A stretch of DNA of 64,000 nt from Laetmonice hystrix (lineage: Eukaryota): NCBI GenBank assembly GCA_965235115.1, contig OZ249449.1:11408001-11472000 (forward strand), in the 5' to 3' direction. The position numbers and the translations under genes were made by a program. The notes beneath the pieces are model-generated. The model was not told where the DNA came from. It did no database searches and was given only the letters and a program-made list of their open reading frames with translations. This document shows, piece by piece, positions 47,137 through 60,594 of this stretch. Every line of letters starts with the position of its first letter. Positions within the stretch are counted from its first letter, which is position 1.

Positions 47137-50100
47137 TGTATTGTTTGTAAGGGCGTCATGGAGGGCCAGGTCACGTGGGGCAGAAGACATAGGTCACGTG
47201 AGGACTAGCAGAAGGTCTGTTAGGCTGACGTGACGTTGGACAGCTCAACTAGGTTGTAGCTCAGGGGCGTTTCCCATCATCATATAGCTGTCAATAGGTC
47301 TTTTGCCAATGAATAAATGTTATTGTCTGGCGTGATTAACACTAGGAATTATGGCCTGCTGTGGCAGAGAAAATCGGAATGGGTTGTCAGAGTTGACCAA
47401 GGGAGTTTAAAAGGAGGGTGTCGTTGAACCAATCGCACCCTACAGTAAGAAGCCACCAGTCGGAAAGCTCCTATTCGTGGTGAGGAGGGGGAGGCTGGGG
47501 GTGTCGGTCCCCATCCACAGGTCTGCAGACAGACATTAACAGCCCTTGGTTTGTTATTACAGCTCTGCGCCCATGTTTTTGTGCAGTTGGCATCCAGACT
47601 ACTTCCCTGACAAATATTTTTGGAGAATATTTCCCTGGTGTTAACATATCATGCAGGCCCATCTGTGAGTGAAGTGTGCATGAAGTCAGGAAACGACAGC
47701 GTTGTTACTTGATGAGTCTTGGAGTATTTTTTTTTTATGAATACTGGAATAGGCTTTTACCTGTAGGCCAAAATGAGGAATGCATGATGTGCACAGAATG
47801 ACTTTTAGAAATACGTTTTACATTTTACATTTTTTCCACCCTCTGCCCCGACCCCTTCCCACACCCCAGCCCTACTTGAATGCCGACACGAGCCCCAGTC
47901 ATTCCTGTGTCACCAGTGACCTCTGGTGGCATTTGTTAACACTAAGGGCATGTCAGAGGAGCACCATCATCACGTTGTCATGTGTGAGCGAGTGAGAGAG
48001 GGCGAGAACTACTGGTCCCTCATTTAGTCACTGAGAGCTGGAGACCAGTCTATCGGACAGGGGGACAACACATTGGAAGTGGCAGGTTTGATTGGGAACA
48101 TGTGAGTGAGTGTCAGACAGCTCGACTCAGACACCCAGACAAACGTTAGGGATGTCTGTATTGTTGGTGTTAGCGACTAGCACCACTGATATTGAGCGAG
48201 GGTAACAGTGTGGTAGATACCCTGTTTTTATGAATAGACTCTATTTCGGGGTTAAAACAGTAGGCACTAATGTAGATGTGCAATTTCTTCCGGGACATGA
48301 CGTCGATACTCATCTTTTAGAAAATTCATCAGGTGTTTGAGATCAGATCAAAAATGACTGTGTGGTTGAACCAAAGTGAAGTAAATGTCTTTGGAACTAC
48401 ATTTGTAGTATCCAACCAGACTTTTTGATCTTGCCAAGGTTGTAGAACCTATGTTGAGGAAGTACAGGTGATAAGAAGGCGCACCTACGTTACATGTAGG
48501 CATATAATGAGTTTCCTAATTCCTCTATCGCCCAGCCACCCAGTCCTCTTATCTATAATCTATATCTTTATCTGTCATAGCGAGCCATATAACTACCCAC
48601 AGCAGTTTACGTAGCTATGCAGCAAGCTATAGTAGCGACTCCTTAGTCCTGGCTTTGCAGATAGCCACAGATACTAGGATATATCCATAACTCAGCTACC
48701 CCACAAGGCACTGTCTTATGGGGAGCCAGACAGCTAACCATGGCCAGACGTAGTCTCCTCGTCAGTGTCAGGCAGCCCGCACTGCGGTCAGTGGCTTCTT
48801 CCAGTAGTCTGAACACCTCAGAAGATTAAACTTGGCAGGACCTTCCCAGAAATACCAACACTTCCCGAGTTGGGGCCTCTTCAACCCAAACAGTGTCAAG
48901 CTTGTTGTCTGTTCTGTATCCGCCTGAAGCGTTTTCAAGTCACCGGAGGAGGCTTCAAAGGACCTGATCGGCTCAGCCTCGGCCTGTCGCTGTCCAGAGG
49001 AGGCCCAAGAGGACGATGGGAGGTGGTGAAATGATAACATGCTATTGTAGCTACCTTGGTTGCATACCTCCAATGTAACAACCAAATGTGCACCACCAAA
49101 GAAATTGGGGGAAAATGGAAGGTCAGACTCTTTCAACAAGAGATTACTGTAGATATGTTAAGATTATGCCCTTTACTGAAGGTTAGTGCTACGGTGAACC
49201 CTCTCCCTCACTAGAATTGAGACCCATTCATATAGGAATCATAAATGTCTGAAGGAAGTCTGTTTCCAGCCAGAAGGATAGAGGTTTTGGTTAGGCATGT
49301 TTTCCCAAGCTATCCTGCACCCACATATATTTATAAACCTGTACACAGTCGCCCACCTGTGTGGCAAACATGTGCCGCAACATGTGTGGCAATAAAACAC
49401 GTGTGGCCGTTCCACCTACCTTAGTATAGGATCTTGACCGAGGGCAGGTGAAACGGCCCGGTTAAAACCAGCAGTAGACCATGCAGGTGCTCTGAACTTT
49501 GACCTAGTAATCTTACCAATCGACGCTCCTTCCACCTGCTGGTGGGTGAACAGATCGGTTTGAAATACCAAACATTCGTTCGCGGAAATTGTTTTGTTTG
49601 CCGTTAGTGCCATTTTCTAAATAAAGTGGTTATCACTGTAAACAGGTGGGGAATCTCTATTTGCCCGGATGCGAGGATATTCTGCATTGGGTTCTTGGGG
49701 TTGTAGATACAGATTTGGTGATGGCAGTAGATGTCAAATTGAGGCCAATTACCTACTTATGATCAGTATCATGAAGTTGTATTGTCATATTTCTATTTTA
49801 TTCATGATTTGTCAGGTGCGCTGGACGACATCAGTAATGTCATTTATTCGAGTTTTTATGTCTACGTGTGGAGGAAACAGCATAAACTGAAACATAATTG
49901 CGTATGGGTTGTCTGTGTGAAAGATCAAATGATGTTATCATTAAAACCATGGTTAGTTGGCTTTTGAATTGGAATGAGGGGTATTTAAAAGTTCATTTTC
50001 TAAAGTCATTTAATGTAATTATCGAGGAAACAAAAGCATTCTTTTGGCTGAAGTAGTTCAGAGAAGTTTATGGGCAGAAACCAGATCAAACGGTACCAGA

Positions 50101-51895
50101 TTTTTAAACTAAATTTCAAGATCGTCATGACGGTATGGAACGCTGTAAGGGTCGTGGGGTGAAGGGAAAACGCTGGGTGTGAACTCCCTGACTAGGATTA
50201 CACGACACCTCCGCCACACATGGTTGAGAAAGTCGCAGGAATGTTGGGAAGCGTACCATGAGTGTCACGAATTATACAATTAAGTTGAAAATAAATTACA
50301 AATCGTCTTGAGATTAATGACCTGGCAGGAACGCAGGTGGAAACATCAAAGTCAGGAGCAGTTGTTGGGCGGTTTTATAATGTGATAAAATCGTGTGTGT
50401 TACCACGTAAGGTAACACTGGGACAGGCATGCTAAGCAAGGTGTGGCAGTGGTCTGTTCAAGGGCCAGTGTGGAGAAAATAAACAGCATTAGTGCTTGAA
50501 GTACAGGCTGGGTAACATTGGCATGGGTGATCCACACAACGGACATATGTAAGATAAGATAGGTCACTAAGTCCATTTGACAGCTTGGGACAGGATATTT
50601 ACATCTGATGGTATGTACTACCTACATGTTTAGACCTACGTTTTACATATTTAATTGTCTGGAGTAATCTGTTACTCTGTAACTTAGGAATGCATAATTT
50701 TACAGTTGATAGTTTTGAGTCTATAGATATTATGTTAGTACTTGAATGTTTAGGTTAGGTATTGAACTGGGATTTCTTGGTAGCCAGCCGCAGGGAGAAC
50801 TAATGGTTCAATGCTGGTTGTGACTGTGACCCCGTGACCTCGCCCCAACTGACCGGTCGGTAGCACCTGGGAGTTCTCAAGCCCTTGGTGGGTCACCGTA
50901 GTGACCAGAGGTAGGGGAGTTTGAAGGGGTTCTCAGGAGTAGTTTTTATGGTGGGGGCAGGAGGGGGTGGTAACCTCTGACATGGAGGAGGTTACCATGG
51001 GGGTGGACAGTTGAGGGATGGGGTGGAAACTTTAACCCGGTGTGTCTACTCCGTGAAGAATGATTAGGCGGGTCAGGCGAATTACAAGCTAGGATAGGGT
51101 CAGGTTACAGGGTCCGAACGATATGGATACTCTGGTTTCCTGACAGGGACTATTATAGATATACATACCCCTAGGGCTGACACGGGGCGACTCGGAGCCA
51201 ACAAGACAAACTGTCATGTTGGAAAAGACGAGACAAACGACCCTGCTTGCTTATCATGGATTGACATGATCTTTGGGTGCAGGAAGCGGAAGACAAGTAT
51301 ACTGTTCAAGTCTGCGGCAGAATGGTGTAATTCAAAACGTTGGGCTGTGATGATTCTGGATTGGTGTGGAATTCTGGATGTGGAAAGTTGTCTTCTGCTG
51401 ACGGTAAAACTCCTGAATACCAGCCAGCAGTCATGTTTTCCAATTAGATAAAATAAGGATTTAATATGGTATACATGCGGAGAGAACTGTTTAATGGCGC
51501 TTGACCTTGATGCGACCTTCGCCTAATTGTTTGAGATTGACGGCACGGTTGCCTGGCCACCAAACTTGCCCTGGGAGAATTTGGCACAGAGGTGACGGTG
51601 TCAGGACCGCGAGTGCCGTTTTTTTGTGCAGCTTGCATGCAACTGGTGATTTGCTTGACGTGGATGGAAGAAATCTCACCAGTATACACAAGGTCATAGT
51701 TCAGGAGGGAAAACCAAATTGTAGCTCGAAGCAGTGTTTGGTCTGTGATAGTTTAGTCATTGGTCTCTTAAGATCATAACGTGTTTGCTGCCCCTACAAA
51801 TTCAAACTTCCGGTACCAGAAATTTAACGAAATTTAACATTATTGTTTTTTTTGTCATTTCAGATTTGCAACCTACTGGAATGACATGACATATC

Positions 51896-51909
51896 GCGCC
51901 ATCTAGCGG
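51896..51909 (-). promoter_or_regulatory. CTCF-like motif CCGCTAGATGGCGC just before the Vangl ATG
   Basis: Consensus-type CTCF core 15 bp upstream of the start codon. Confidence 0.45.
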
Positions 51910-51924
51910 AGGAACCCTTGCACC

Positions 51925-54900
51925 ATGGATCTAGAGTCTGTCCGTTCGGGGCGGAGTGAGCGCTCAGAGCGATCACAACGCAGCGCTCACAGCTCCCGAC
52001 ACCGCAGTAAGCACGGAAACGGAAGTCGGGATCGTGGAGATAGAGAATCACGCAGTCGTCATGACGACCGAGAACGCGATCCCGAGAGAGAGGAACGGTC
52101 AGTTCGAATAAAAGCACCGCCACAGCAACAAAACTACAACCACAATGGTGGCAACGGAAACGGCCATCCTACGCAGGCCACACAGGAAGTGGTCGGTGAA
52201 AATGGAGAACGCATCGAAGTGCAAATTATATCTCAGGATGACAACTGGGGGGACAATACAACAGCAATCACAGGAAACACAAGCGAAACAGGATTCTCAA
52301 TGGAAGATATGTCACGTATTACTAAAGACATGGAAGAAAGCATTGGATTTAACTGTGCGCGTTATGCAGGCTCCATCATGGCCGCCATCTTGGCTGTGGT
52401 GGCGTTCTTGTCGCCGGTCGTCATGGTGATTCTACCTAAACTCTTGCCTAAGTGGCAGATAGAAAACTGCAATGAAGCCTGTAAGGAGAGGCAGAAATGT
52501 GGACCCGAGTGTGAGGGTCTCTTCATTAGCCTGGCGTTCAAATTGTTGATTCTCTTGATAGGTACATGGGCATTGTTTGTGCGCCGACCAAAAGCAACAA
52601 TGCCGAGAATCTTCATCCTTCGCGCGCTTGTTCTATTTCTAGTGTTTGTTCTCACATTTGCATACTGGCTTTTCTACGGTGTTCGCATCTATGAAAGTGC
52701 AGAGCAAAACTACCACTCCATTGTGCAGTTCGCAGGATCCCTTGTGGATGCGTTGCTGTTCATCCACTATGTGGCTGTTATTCTGTTAGAGTTACGCCAA
52801 GTTGCGCCACAGTATGTGGTACAGATAGTTAGGTCACCGGATGGTGATACCCGCCACTATTCAGTCGGTCAGCTCAGCATACAGAGGTTGGCCGTATGGT
52901 GTTTAGAAAACTATTATCGTGACTTCCAGGTGTATAACCCATACCTTGACAATCTGCCTCGCAGGACGCCCAAACTATCGGGCTTTAAGTTTTATGACGT
53001 AGATGGGGTGACTAATAACACCCCTGCGAGTCGATCCCGGGCGATATTTGCAGCAGCCGCCAGGAGGCGAGATTCGAGTCACAATGACCGATTCTATGAA
53101 GAACAAGAGTATGAGAGGAGGGTACGGAAACGAAAAGCAAGGTTGATAGTTGCTGCGGAGGAGGCGTTCACTCATATCAAACGAATGCAGGAGGAGCAAG
53201 GTAAGTCATGTCAAGACAATATTTTATTTAGTAGTTGAAATATTCACAGATTTTCACCTTGATTAATCGCCAACATTCACAAGGGGTTATTGGATTATTT
53301 GTAATTATCTCATGACACGATATCAATAAGATAACATGACAGAGGGCATTTCTGAGGGAGACCTGTCCCCAGTTTTTTAAAATTTAAAATTTCGAAAAAT
53401 TGAAGCTTAACACGGATTGGCTGGTCTAAAGAGATCAGGGCCCAGTTCGTAAAAACTTAAGATCGTGCTTAAGCTTCAGCTTAACGCTTCTGATTGGCTG
53501 GTCTGACAATCAGGAGCGTTAAGCTTTAGCAAGAACTTAAGTTTTCAAAATAGGGCTCTTGGCCATTACCCACTCTCCATCCATCTGAACTTATCCATCG
53601 ACTGGGGAGGATTAAACGGGCCGTTGTTTGATGAGGCATCATGACGAGCACGGACGCTGAGTGTTGCCATGGTACCTGTGATGGTTACCACGTGCTGCCC
53701 AGAGACTGGGACCGGTGCACAGTGAGCATATGGCGGGTGTCTGGGGAAGTGGGTCTGCCACAAACAATGCTGATGAGGATTGTGATGAATCACCCCGATA
53801 CCTAAGCGTGATGAATGGCGCAATCAGCGACGTTCAGCGCATGCGCAGCTCGAAGTTATCTTCCCGGCAACAACAGCGATCAGTCTATATCATCTTTATG
53901 GATCTATTAATGCCCCAGCGTAGCTTTGATCATGGAGGCAGAGAGGCGGAAAACAGGGTGAATATTCAAGGGAGACGTGATTGAACCGTTTCGATGTCGG
54001 CGATAATAGGGAAGAACTGTTTAGATGAATGTTTACGGAAGTATTAGGAGGGGTGTGTCAGTGCGGAGACGTAATGAGTGGAAAGTTGGCATTGGAAGTC
54101 ATTCTCACAGAAACTCATGCTTGCGTCATCGCGTTTGATTGGTTCGTAAAAATAGATGGCAAAGTCTCGGGACCTTGAAGAAAAGGCCCCTAAAATTGGA
54201 AATGGAGATTTGTCAGTATTGTTAATAAAGCGTTATAGACAAATGATGTATGATGTACGTTCGGTCCCTGGTGAGAATTTACATATAAGTAAAATCAGGA
54301 TTAAGCAATCATCATATTGAAATGAAAGTTCTCAAATTAGATAACATTCCTGAAAACTTGTCTTAATTTGCTAATAGTTTGGATTGTTGGAGTCGCGCAG
54401 CAAAATGCAATGTCCAGCTAACCGAGTTAGTGCATGAAAAAAGGTGAGATTTTTTGAATGGTGGGATGGGAGATGGGGAGGGGGGGTAAAAAGGCAACAG
54501 GTGAGGAAACAACATGGCCATGTGGCCCTACTTTTTCATGCGTGATGACACATTCCATGCCAGCAGGGGCCGAGGTACTGAGGTCCGTAATTACTTGGTG
54601 AACAGCTGTGTGGTGTATTCTGGGGCAACAGTCTGCACTCTGCCATGGCTGAGTAGGAGGGAACAGTCCGTGTTGGAAGGGGGGGCCTCCATCAGGGTTA
54701 GGAGCGACTGGGTGAGTGGGTGTGTGTGTGGGGGGGGGGGGGGAGACAGCTGGTGTGGGTTAAAAACGAATCACGATTCAAGGAGAGATTTACCCCGAAG
54801 CGAGTTGCTCGAAAGTTTCTTGAAACGATGCAGTGTAAAATAGAATTTCAGTGTGGAGGGCATCAGCAAATATACTGAATCTAGATATCTGTATAGATAC

Positions 54901-57652
54901 TATTACAGAATTATATCCAAGTGCAGTTAGAATATCTCCCACCCTCACAGTCAGGGAGGGGTTGGGATGGTGGCGACTCCATAACAAGGTTGAACAGGTC
55001 ATGTGTTACCCAGGTGATTGAGAAGGAGAGATACTGATTGGCGTGCAGTCTGACAAATTACAAGTCATTAAAACCTAAGCGGTACTTCAGAGGAAACCTC
55101 TGTCCCAGCGAGCTCATCTGTCTGCCATTTGACTAACTCCAGACATGACCACTAGAGGGGGTGTCGGTACCGGCCCCAGTATATTAGATAGCGGGTGGAT
55201 TAGATTTACCCAGTACCGAGTGGCCTGGCCCGTGTTTCTGAAGCGAACCGACCCTAGGGCTAGCACCATGTTCAGAGTAACTAACTCACACATAAAGTAT
55301 AGGAACCACTGAGATTGAAAACCCTACACACAGGACAGAGGTTATAGAATATAAATCATGCAAGACCACCGTTTCCTTTATAAACGATGTTTGGCTCCAA
55401 AGTTGAAACCAAGTCAAGCGGGGTATGGAAAATAATCAAAATAAAATCGAGTGGGAATTATTTACATGTGTACGTGTATATTGAAAAAGGTGTTTTGCTG
55501 GATTCGATTTGAAAAATGAGTTGCCTCAAGGCGATACTCATTGACTTTCCTGCCACAAAATGTATTTTGTGTGCCACTATAAAGCTCGCCTATGTTTGTA
55601 ACAGAACTCAAGAGGGTGTTTGGTATCTGGGTGATGACCTGGTGGGGTGGGGCTGGGTTTTAGAAGTGAACTTTGGATCCTTGTTGGGAGACCACTGGAA
55701 GTGATAGGTAGGACGGATTGATTCGTAGTATCACATCCTACCAGCCCATGGACTTCAAAGCGACCGTTGGCGTGATAGTCGTCCGTTAGGGGTCTTGCCC
55801 AGGACACAGTTGAACTCTCCAACTGTGGAGTCATGTTTATATAGGCAGGGGTGGATCCAGGATAGTTTCAAACGTTGGATATTAGTTCCTGAAAACCTTC
55901 ACGTGAGGTTATATTCGTATCTAGGAATGTCTAAAAAAAATACAGAAAACCTATTGTACAGGAAATGTTATAGTGTTTCTCCCTTAGAAATAATTGAAAC
56001 GAAAGACAGCAAAATTCTTTAAAAAAGGATTTCAGGAAGGACGGATCCCTTGAAGTCCCTTCCTTTTGGGTGGAGGAAAAAGTCTTGGTTTGAAGTGTGC
56101 ATAGATATTTTGGAAAGAGCTCTAGAAAGGAAAAGGGTAAATACAAGGTGATTTCTGTTGTAGCCACGATTGTATTTCACCCTCCCACCCCATACAATCC
56201 CCAGAGACCAGTACATCGTTATCAGAGAGCAGGCCCCAGATGATTTAGGGACCCGATCACAGGGGTCAGAACCAGACAACCTCACAGGGCAGATAAGATA
56301 CCACCGCTCCCCACCAGGTGGTGCTAAGTATCTTATCTACTGGGCGGTGTTCAGATTGGTCTCTGTGGCCACCGACGCCTGAGTATGGGCTGAGGGGGCG
56401 GCTGGGGGCAACTAATATAATCATGTAATCTGTGTGTGGGGCTGATACGGGAGATGATATACCAGTGGTCAGATATCAGTTGGCGGTAAGCGGTCAGTGC
56501 TGACGATAGCAACGTCGGTAAGAAGGTTGCTATGCTTTCAGACCTGACTGACGAATCCATGGAAGATCTTGCTGAACAATTCTGTATATATATAACACCC
56601 CTTGAGCTGCTCAGACAGTGTGGCTGAGAGAAACTGCTGCAGCTGATTCTCATGTTGTGTGTCCTAAGATTTTACCGGGTACCTTTTAGATGCTTTTAAA
56701 ACAGTTCCTTTTTACTTTGAAAAGTAAACGGATCTTTTTGAGTAAAAAATACCCAGTAAAGTCAGGCCTGCAGAAGAACTTGCATTTGTCTGGGATTAAG
56801 CCTGACGATTCTGATTGGCAGGTCTACTCAGAGCAGCAAATCAGAAGCAATATTTTTAAGCAAGATCTTAAAGGCCCAATGTATACTTTGAACGCCGTGT
56901 ACAGGAGAGTGGCGCCCCCTGGATATCGGTCTCAAGTCGGTGGGCTGTTCTATTATGTGGGGAACTATGTTCTGTGCGGAGGTACACTCCCGGTGCTAAA
57001 CACGCACACAACACCCCGGGCCGTGCGAGGCTGCATTGAGCAGAGTAGGTTATTTATAGAACAGTCAACCGACATCCAGGGGGCGCCACTCTCTTAGACA
57101 CGGCGTTCAAATTATACAGTGGGCCTTTAAATTTTCAAAAAACCTGGGCCAGGAATCACACTTCATAAACTGTGATGTGTTTTTTACGGAGAGAAATGTA
57201 ATGTATTGTTTGGGTGTGTTTTAGGTCCAGCCATCCCGATGGACCCCACAGAGGCAGCCCAAGCGATCTTCCCTTCCATGGCGCGCACCTTACAGAAGTA
57301 CCTGCGAATCACACGCCAGCAGCCCAAGTACACGATGGAGAACATCCTGGAGCACTTAGCCTGCTGTGTGGCCCACGACATGTCACCCAAGTCGTTCCTC
57401 CAGCGTTACCTGGTGACAGGTCCCATCATCTACAGCGACAAGGACTACCGTGATACACAGACGTGGGTCGTCATCTGTGACCAGCTCCTGTCACGGTCCA
57501 TTGAACACGGCACCATCTTCCAGCTAAGACAGGGCGAGGTGCTGCTTCTAATCTCGGTTCGCAGACTGCCCCACTTTAACTTGACAGAGGAAGTCATCGA
57601 CCCCAAGGTCAACAAGTTTGTCCTCCGTCTCAACTCAGAGACCTCCGTCTGA
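51925..57652 (+). CDS. Vangl: Van Gogh / Strabismus planar cell polarity protein (Vang-like), 567 aa, 2 coding exons
   Basis: Exons 51925-53200 and 57225-57652 (phase-1 intron GTAAGT...TTTTAG). Motifs DDNWGDNTTAITGNTSETGFS, four hydrophobic TM segments, YYRDFQVYNPYL, EYERRVRKRKARLIVAAEEAFTHIKR, MDPTEAAQAIFPSMAR and the C-terminal PDZ-binding ETSV. Confidence 0.97.
53439..53557. mobile_element. Harbinger-like MITE of the CCAAT-palindrome family
   Basis: Degenerate TIRs GGCCCAGTTCGTAAAAACTTAAG / CTTAAGTTTTCAAAATAGGGCT; internal TTAACGCTTCTGATTGGCTGGTC shared with copies at 58301 and 59932. Confidence 0.6.
56311..56324 (+). promoter_or_regulatory. CTCF-like motif CCACCAGGTGGTGC
   Basis: Near-consensus core in the Vangl coding intron. 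Confidence 0.4.
56872..57126. mobile_element. Kolobok-like MITE, 255 bp, nested in an older MITE
   Basis: 59-bp TIRs (56872-56930; 57068-57126; 6 mismatches), AG...CT termini, TTAA TSD at 56868-56871 and 57127-57130. Confidence 0.85.
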
Positions 57653-58037
57653 TCTAGCATGAACACGGTTTCCTGGTGGATATTTTGGTTTGGTGGGAAG
57701 TTTAAGAACTGGAGTGATGGCTTAGGGATTGGCATTACCGAAGCCAGGGAATTTTTGGAGGGAGTAATATTTAGGGGATCCCCAGAAACAGGGCATGCTA
57801 GAAACTCCGATGAAGGTATCTTGTTTGAGGAGAGACATGTGAAAGGTGAATAGAGAACTAGACTTAGTATTTAACTTGTACAGGAAACGCGGATGTTAGG
57901 AAAAGAGCGCAGTTTTCACTGTCAAAGTCTTGAAATGTTTCTGAAGATACGAACTGATGAATGATCAAGTCTGCAATGAAAACCGTGTCAAGTCACAATT
58001 AGTTTGGTTAAACATTCACTTGAAGATCAGTGATTAA

Positions 58038-58043
58038 AATAAA
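58038..58043 (+). promoter_or_regulatory. Candidate Vangl polyadenylation signal
   Basis: AATAAA about 385 nt after the stop; further AATAAA hexamers near 58366 and 58401. Confidence 0.35.
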
Positions 58044-58300
58044 AGTAAATTTTTATTTTTTATTTTGACATTATAAAATGCATTCAGCAAAATTTAAAAT
58101 GCAGATCACTCGATTTAGCACAATTAGCAGTGTGTATCAAAGTTACAAGTACTGGTACTCTCTGGTTGTTTTCTGTTTTCTGGGAATTTTGTCGGGTGGC
58201 AGTGACCCTTGGTAATGAAAGATTTACATTGGTCAACAGCATTTAAGCCGACAGTAGAAATACAACCGTCGTCCAGTTTTTCAAGATTTAAGCTTAAATG

Positions 58301-58352
58301 TTAACGCTTCTGATTGGCTGGTCTTCTTAAACCAGCCAATCAGAAGCGTTAA
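58301..58352. repeat. Perfect 22-bp inverted repeat with 8-nt loop (MITE core)
   Basis: TTAACGCTTCTGATTGGCTGGT-cttcttaa-ACCAGCCAATCAGAAGCGTTAA. Confidence 0.9.
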
Positions 58353-58484
58353 GCCCGAGGAAGAAATAAAATTAAGTTTTGAAATACCTGTGGGCTTTGA
58401 AATAAAATGGAACTGAAGGAGATTGCGTAGTATTAACTCCGACTTCTCCACATTGTAAGACCAGTCATTGGTCAGTCTTGGGAT

Positions 58485-58520
58485 GTTGCCATGGTAACCA
58501 AGGGGTGTTGCCATGGTAAC
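58485..58520. promoter_or_regulatory. Tandem pair of RFX X-box-like motifs
   Basis: GTTGCCATGGTAAC at 58485-58498 and 58507-58520. Confidence 0.45.
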
Positions 58521-59931
58521 CACATCACGTACAACAAACCCTATGAAGTACCGACATATATAACCCTCAGCGTTGTATATTTCTAGCATCATCTGAACAT
58601 AAAATCGACTTGTAGTTATGTCATCGTTATATTCACCTACGGATCCCGATGACTTGAAACTTGTTACGATAGCACGAAGTTGGTCCTGTAGATAATGCTA
58701 TCACTATGACGACAAGAAGCAAATCGTACAGCATTCTAGAGTAGGTTGATCACTGTATCAGGAGAATGGAACTAAAATGTACAGACATAATATGATTGCA
58801 GATGTGCTTCCGAGGCTGATAGACTTCACTAGTTTAGTAGAATTATCTTTCCGGAGGTCAAGAAGTTTTGAATTTGTAGCCTGCCCTCCGCTTTTGTTGG
58901 AAGATTTGTCAGATAATGCGCTCGATATCATAAAGTATTTGATTAAATATTAACTGTTGTGTATAATACATTGTCAACAGATTTTGAAGGAGGTTTGATT
59001 CCTGTTTTTCAGGCTGCAAATACGAGCCACTAGATTGAGAATTTTATACTCTTGACGTTTGATGCAAGTATTTTTACATTTTGTAAGTGACACTAAACAG
59101 ATCTGCTTTTGTGACAATGTTTCTCATTGGTTACTCCCACCGATGCAAAAGATAGGTTGCCTTTGAAGATTTGTGGGTTTTTCTCAGTTTTACCCGATGC
59201 GAAATTAAACATATTGTATGAAGTTCCTTGGCCAAATATTTGCAAGCACAAAAGCTATAAAAGGAAATTGAAGAATATCTATTTTGATATGGTCAGTATT
59301 TAGAAGTGGTGCTTGTGTCCATTGCAGTTTTTGCTTCAATGTACGAAGTCTTTAGTGATACCCTTCAATTTCCAGTTTACATTTTCAGGAACTCGATTCA
59401 CATTCACATTGATACTCAGGTTTTGAAACAAACGAAATAGGTCTACCAGGTGGACACAAAAGTTTATTTTGGATATAAGTAAGGTCGTTTGGGTACAGAC
59501 TATGCTACAGTTATTTTTGCAGTATACCGGTACATTGACCTGATCATGCTATTCATACAAGATATCGGATAGGTCAGCATCATGACATAAGACCAACGAA
59601 GAAAACCTATGGTTTCCGTTCAGCTTTGCAAGGCAAAAAAAGACTATTATATCAGTAAAGAAGTTGGAAAAGATATAAAAATGTCACTATTAATTTAAGT
59701 TCAGCTTGTAAGATTTAGAACGAGAACGCCTTCAATATTTGAGATGTAGCTACCATTATTCGTTCTAGCAAGCAAACGGTTCATGTAGGGAATGTACCCG
59801 ACGCAAATATTCCACTACTGTGCCTTCATACAGTGTGCCATCATGTCTGATTGGAGAACAGCGTCTGCAAGCTTTGTTTACTGATCTGTGCCCGGTTCAA
59901 GACTGGTGTTCGTCTTAAGCTGAAGCTTAAG

Positions 59932-59968
59932 GCTTCTGATTGGGTGGTCTGACCAGCCAATCAGAAGC
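59932..59968. repeat. 18-bp inverted repeat, same CCAAT-palindrome family
   Basis: GCTTCTGATTGGGTGGTC-t-GACCAGCCAATCAGAAGC (1 mismatch). Confidence 0.85.
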
Positions 59969-60580
59969 GTTAACCTTAAGGGCAGGTCAATGAGTTCATA
60001 CCTTGTTTGTCTGTGTACATGGGATATAAACTGTGTGGTATCAAAATGATCAAAATGACTGCCGTTCAAGATGCTTTAAATTTCTACTGTGAGTGACTCA
60101 GATTAAAATATAGGATGGTTATCTACGTAATGACTGCGTTCTCAATTTGCATAAATTATGTGCGTCTTTGTCAGTATACTATGTCTGTCTGTGCCAGGAT
60201 GTACATATTGTAATGATGCAGTGCATTGTGAGTGGTATTATGTATGACCTCAATTTGTGATGACCGCCCGTGTTGAATGTTTTGTGAAAATAGGTCAAGG
60301 TGAAGGTCGTTTTCCTCACGTCATGTGTGCCACGGAGGACTAAGGCAGGTCCCCTAGATGTCTATTGCACCTATGCAAATTTGAAACATATTTGAAATTT
60401 CAGTGTCAGTTGTTAATTCAGTAGCCTAATATTGAAATTATTTTTAAGATAAAAATATAATTGCATTACTTGAAAGTTTGGAAGGATGATTGCCGAATTA
60501 TAACACGTAGATTTATAAGATTTCAAGGAGTATGTAAATTCAAAGAATGTAGTGTTCATCTGTGGTGATGTTTGCTTTGT

Positions 60581-60594
60581 CCAGCAGAGGGCAG
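60581..60594 (+). promoter_or_regulatory. CTCF-like motif CCAGCAGAGGGCAG
   Basis: Consensus-type core downstream of Vangl. Confidence 0.45.

Noticed and set aside
27664-51863. Nested genes, autonomous transposons or viral inserts in the long intron
   Set aside because: No ORF over 184 aa and no transposase, RT, integrase or capsid motifs recognised; small nested exons or ncRNAs could be missed without searches.
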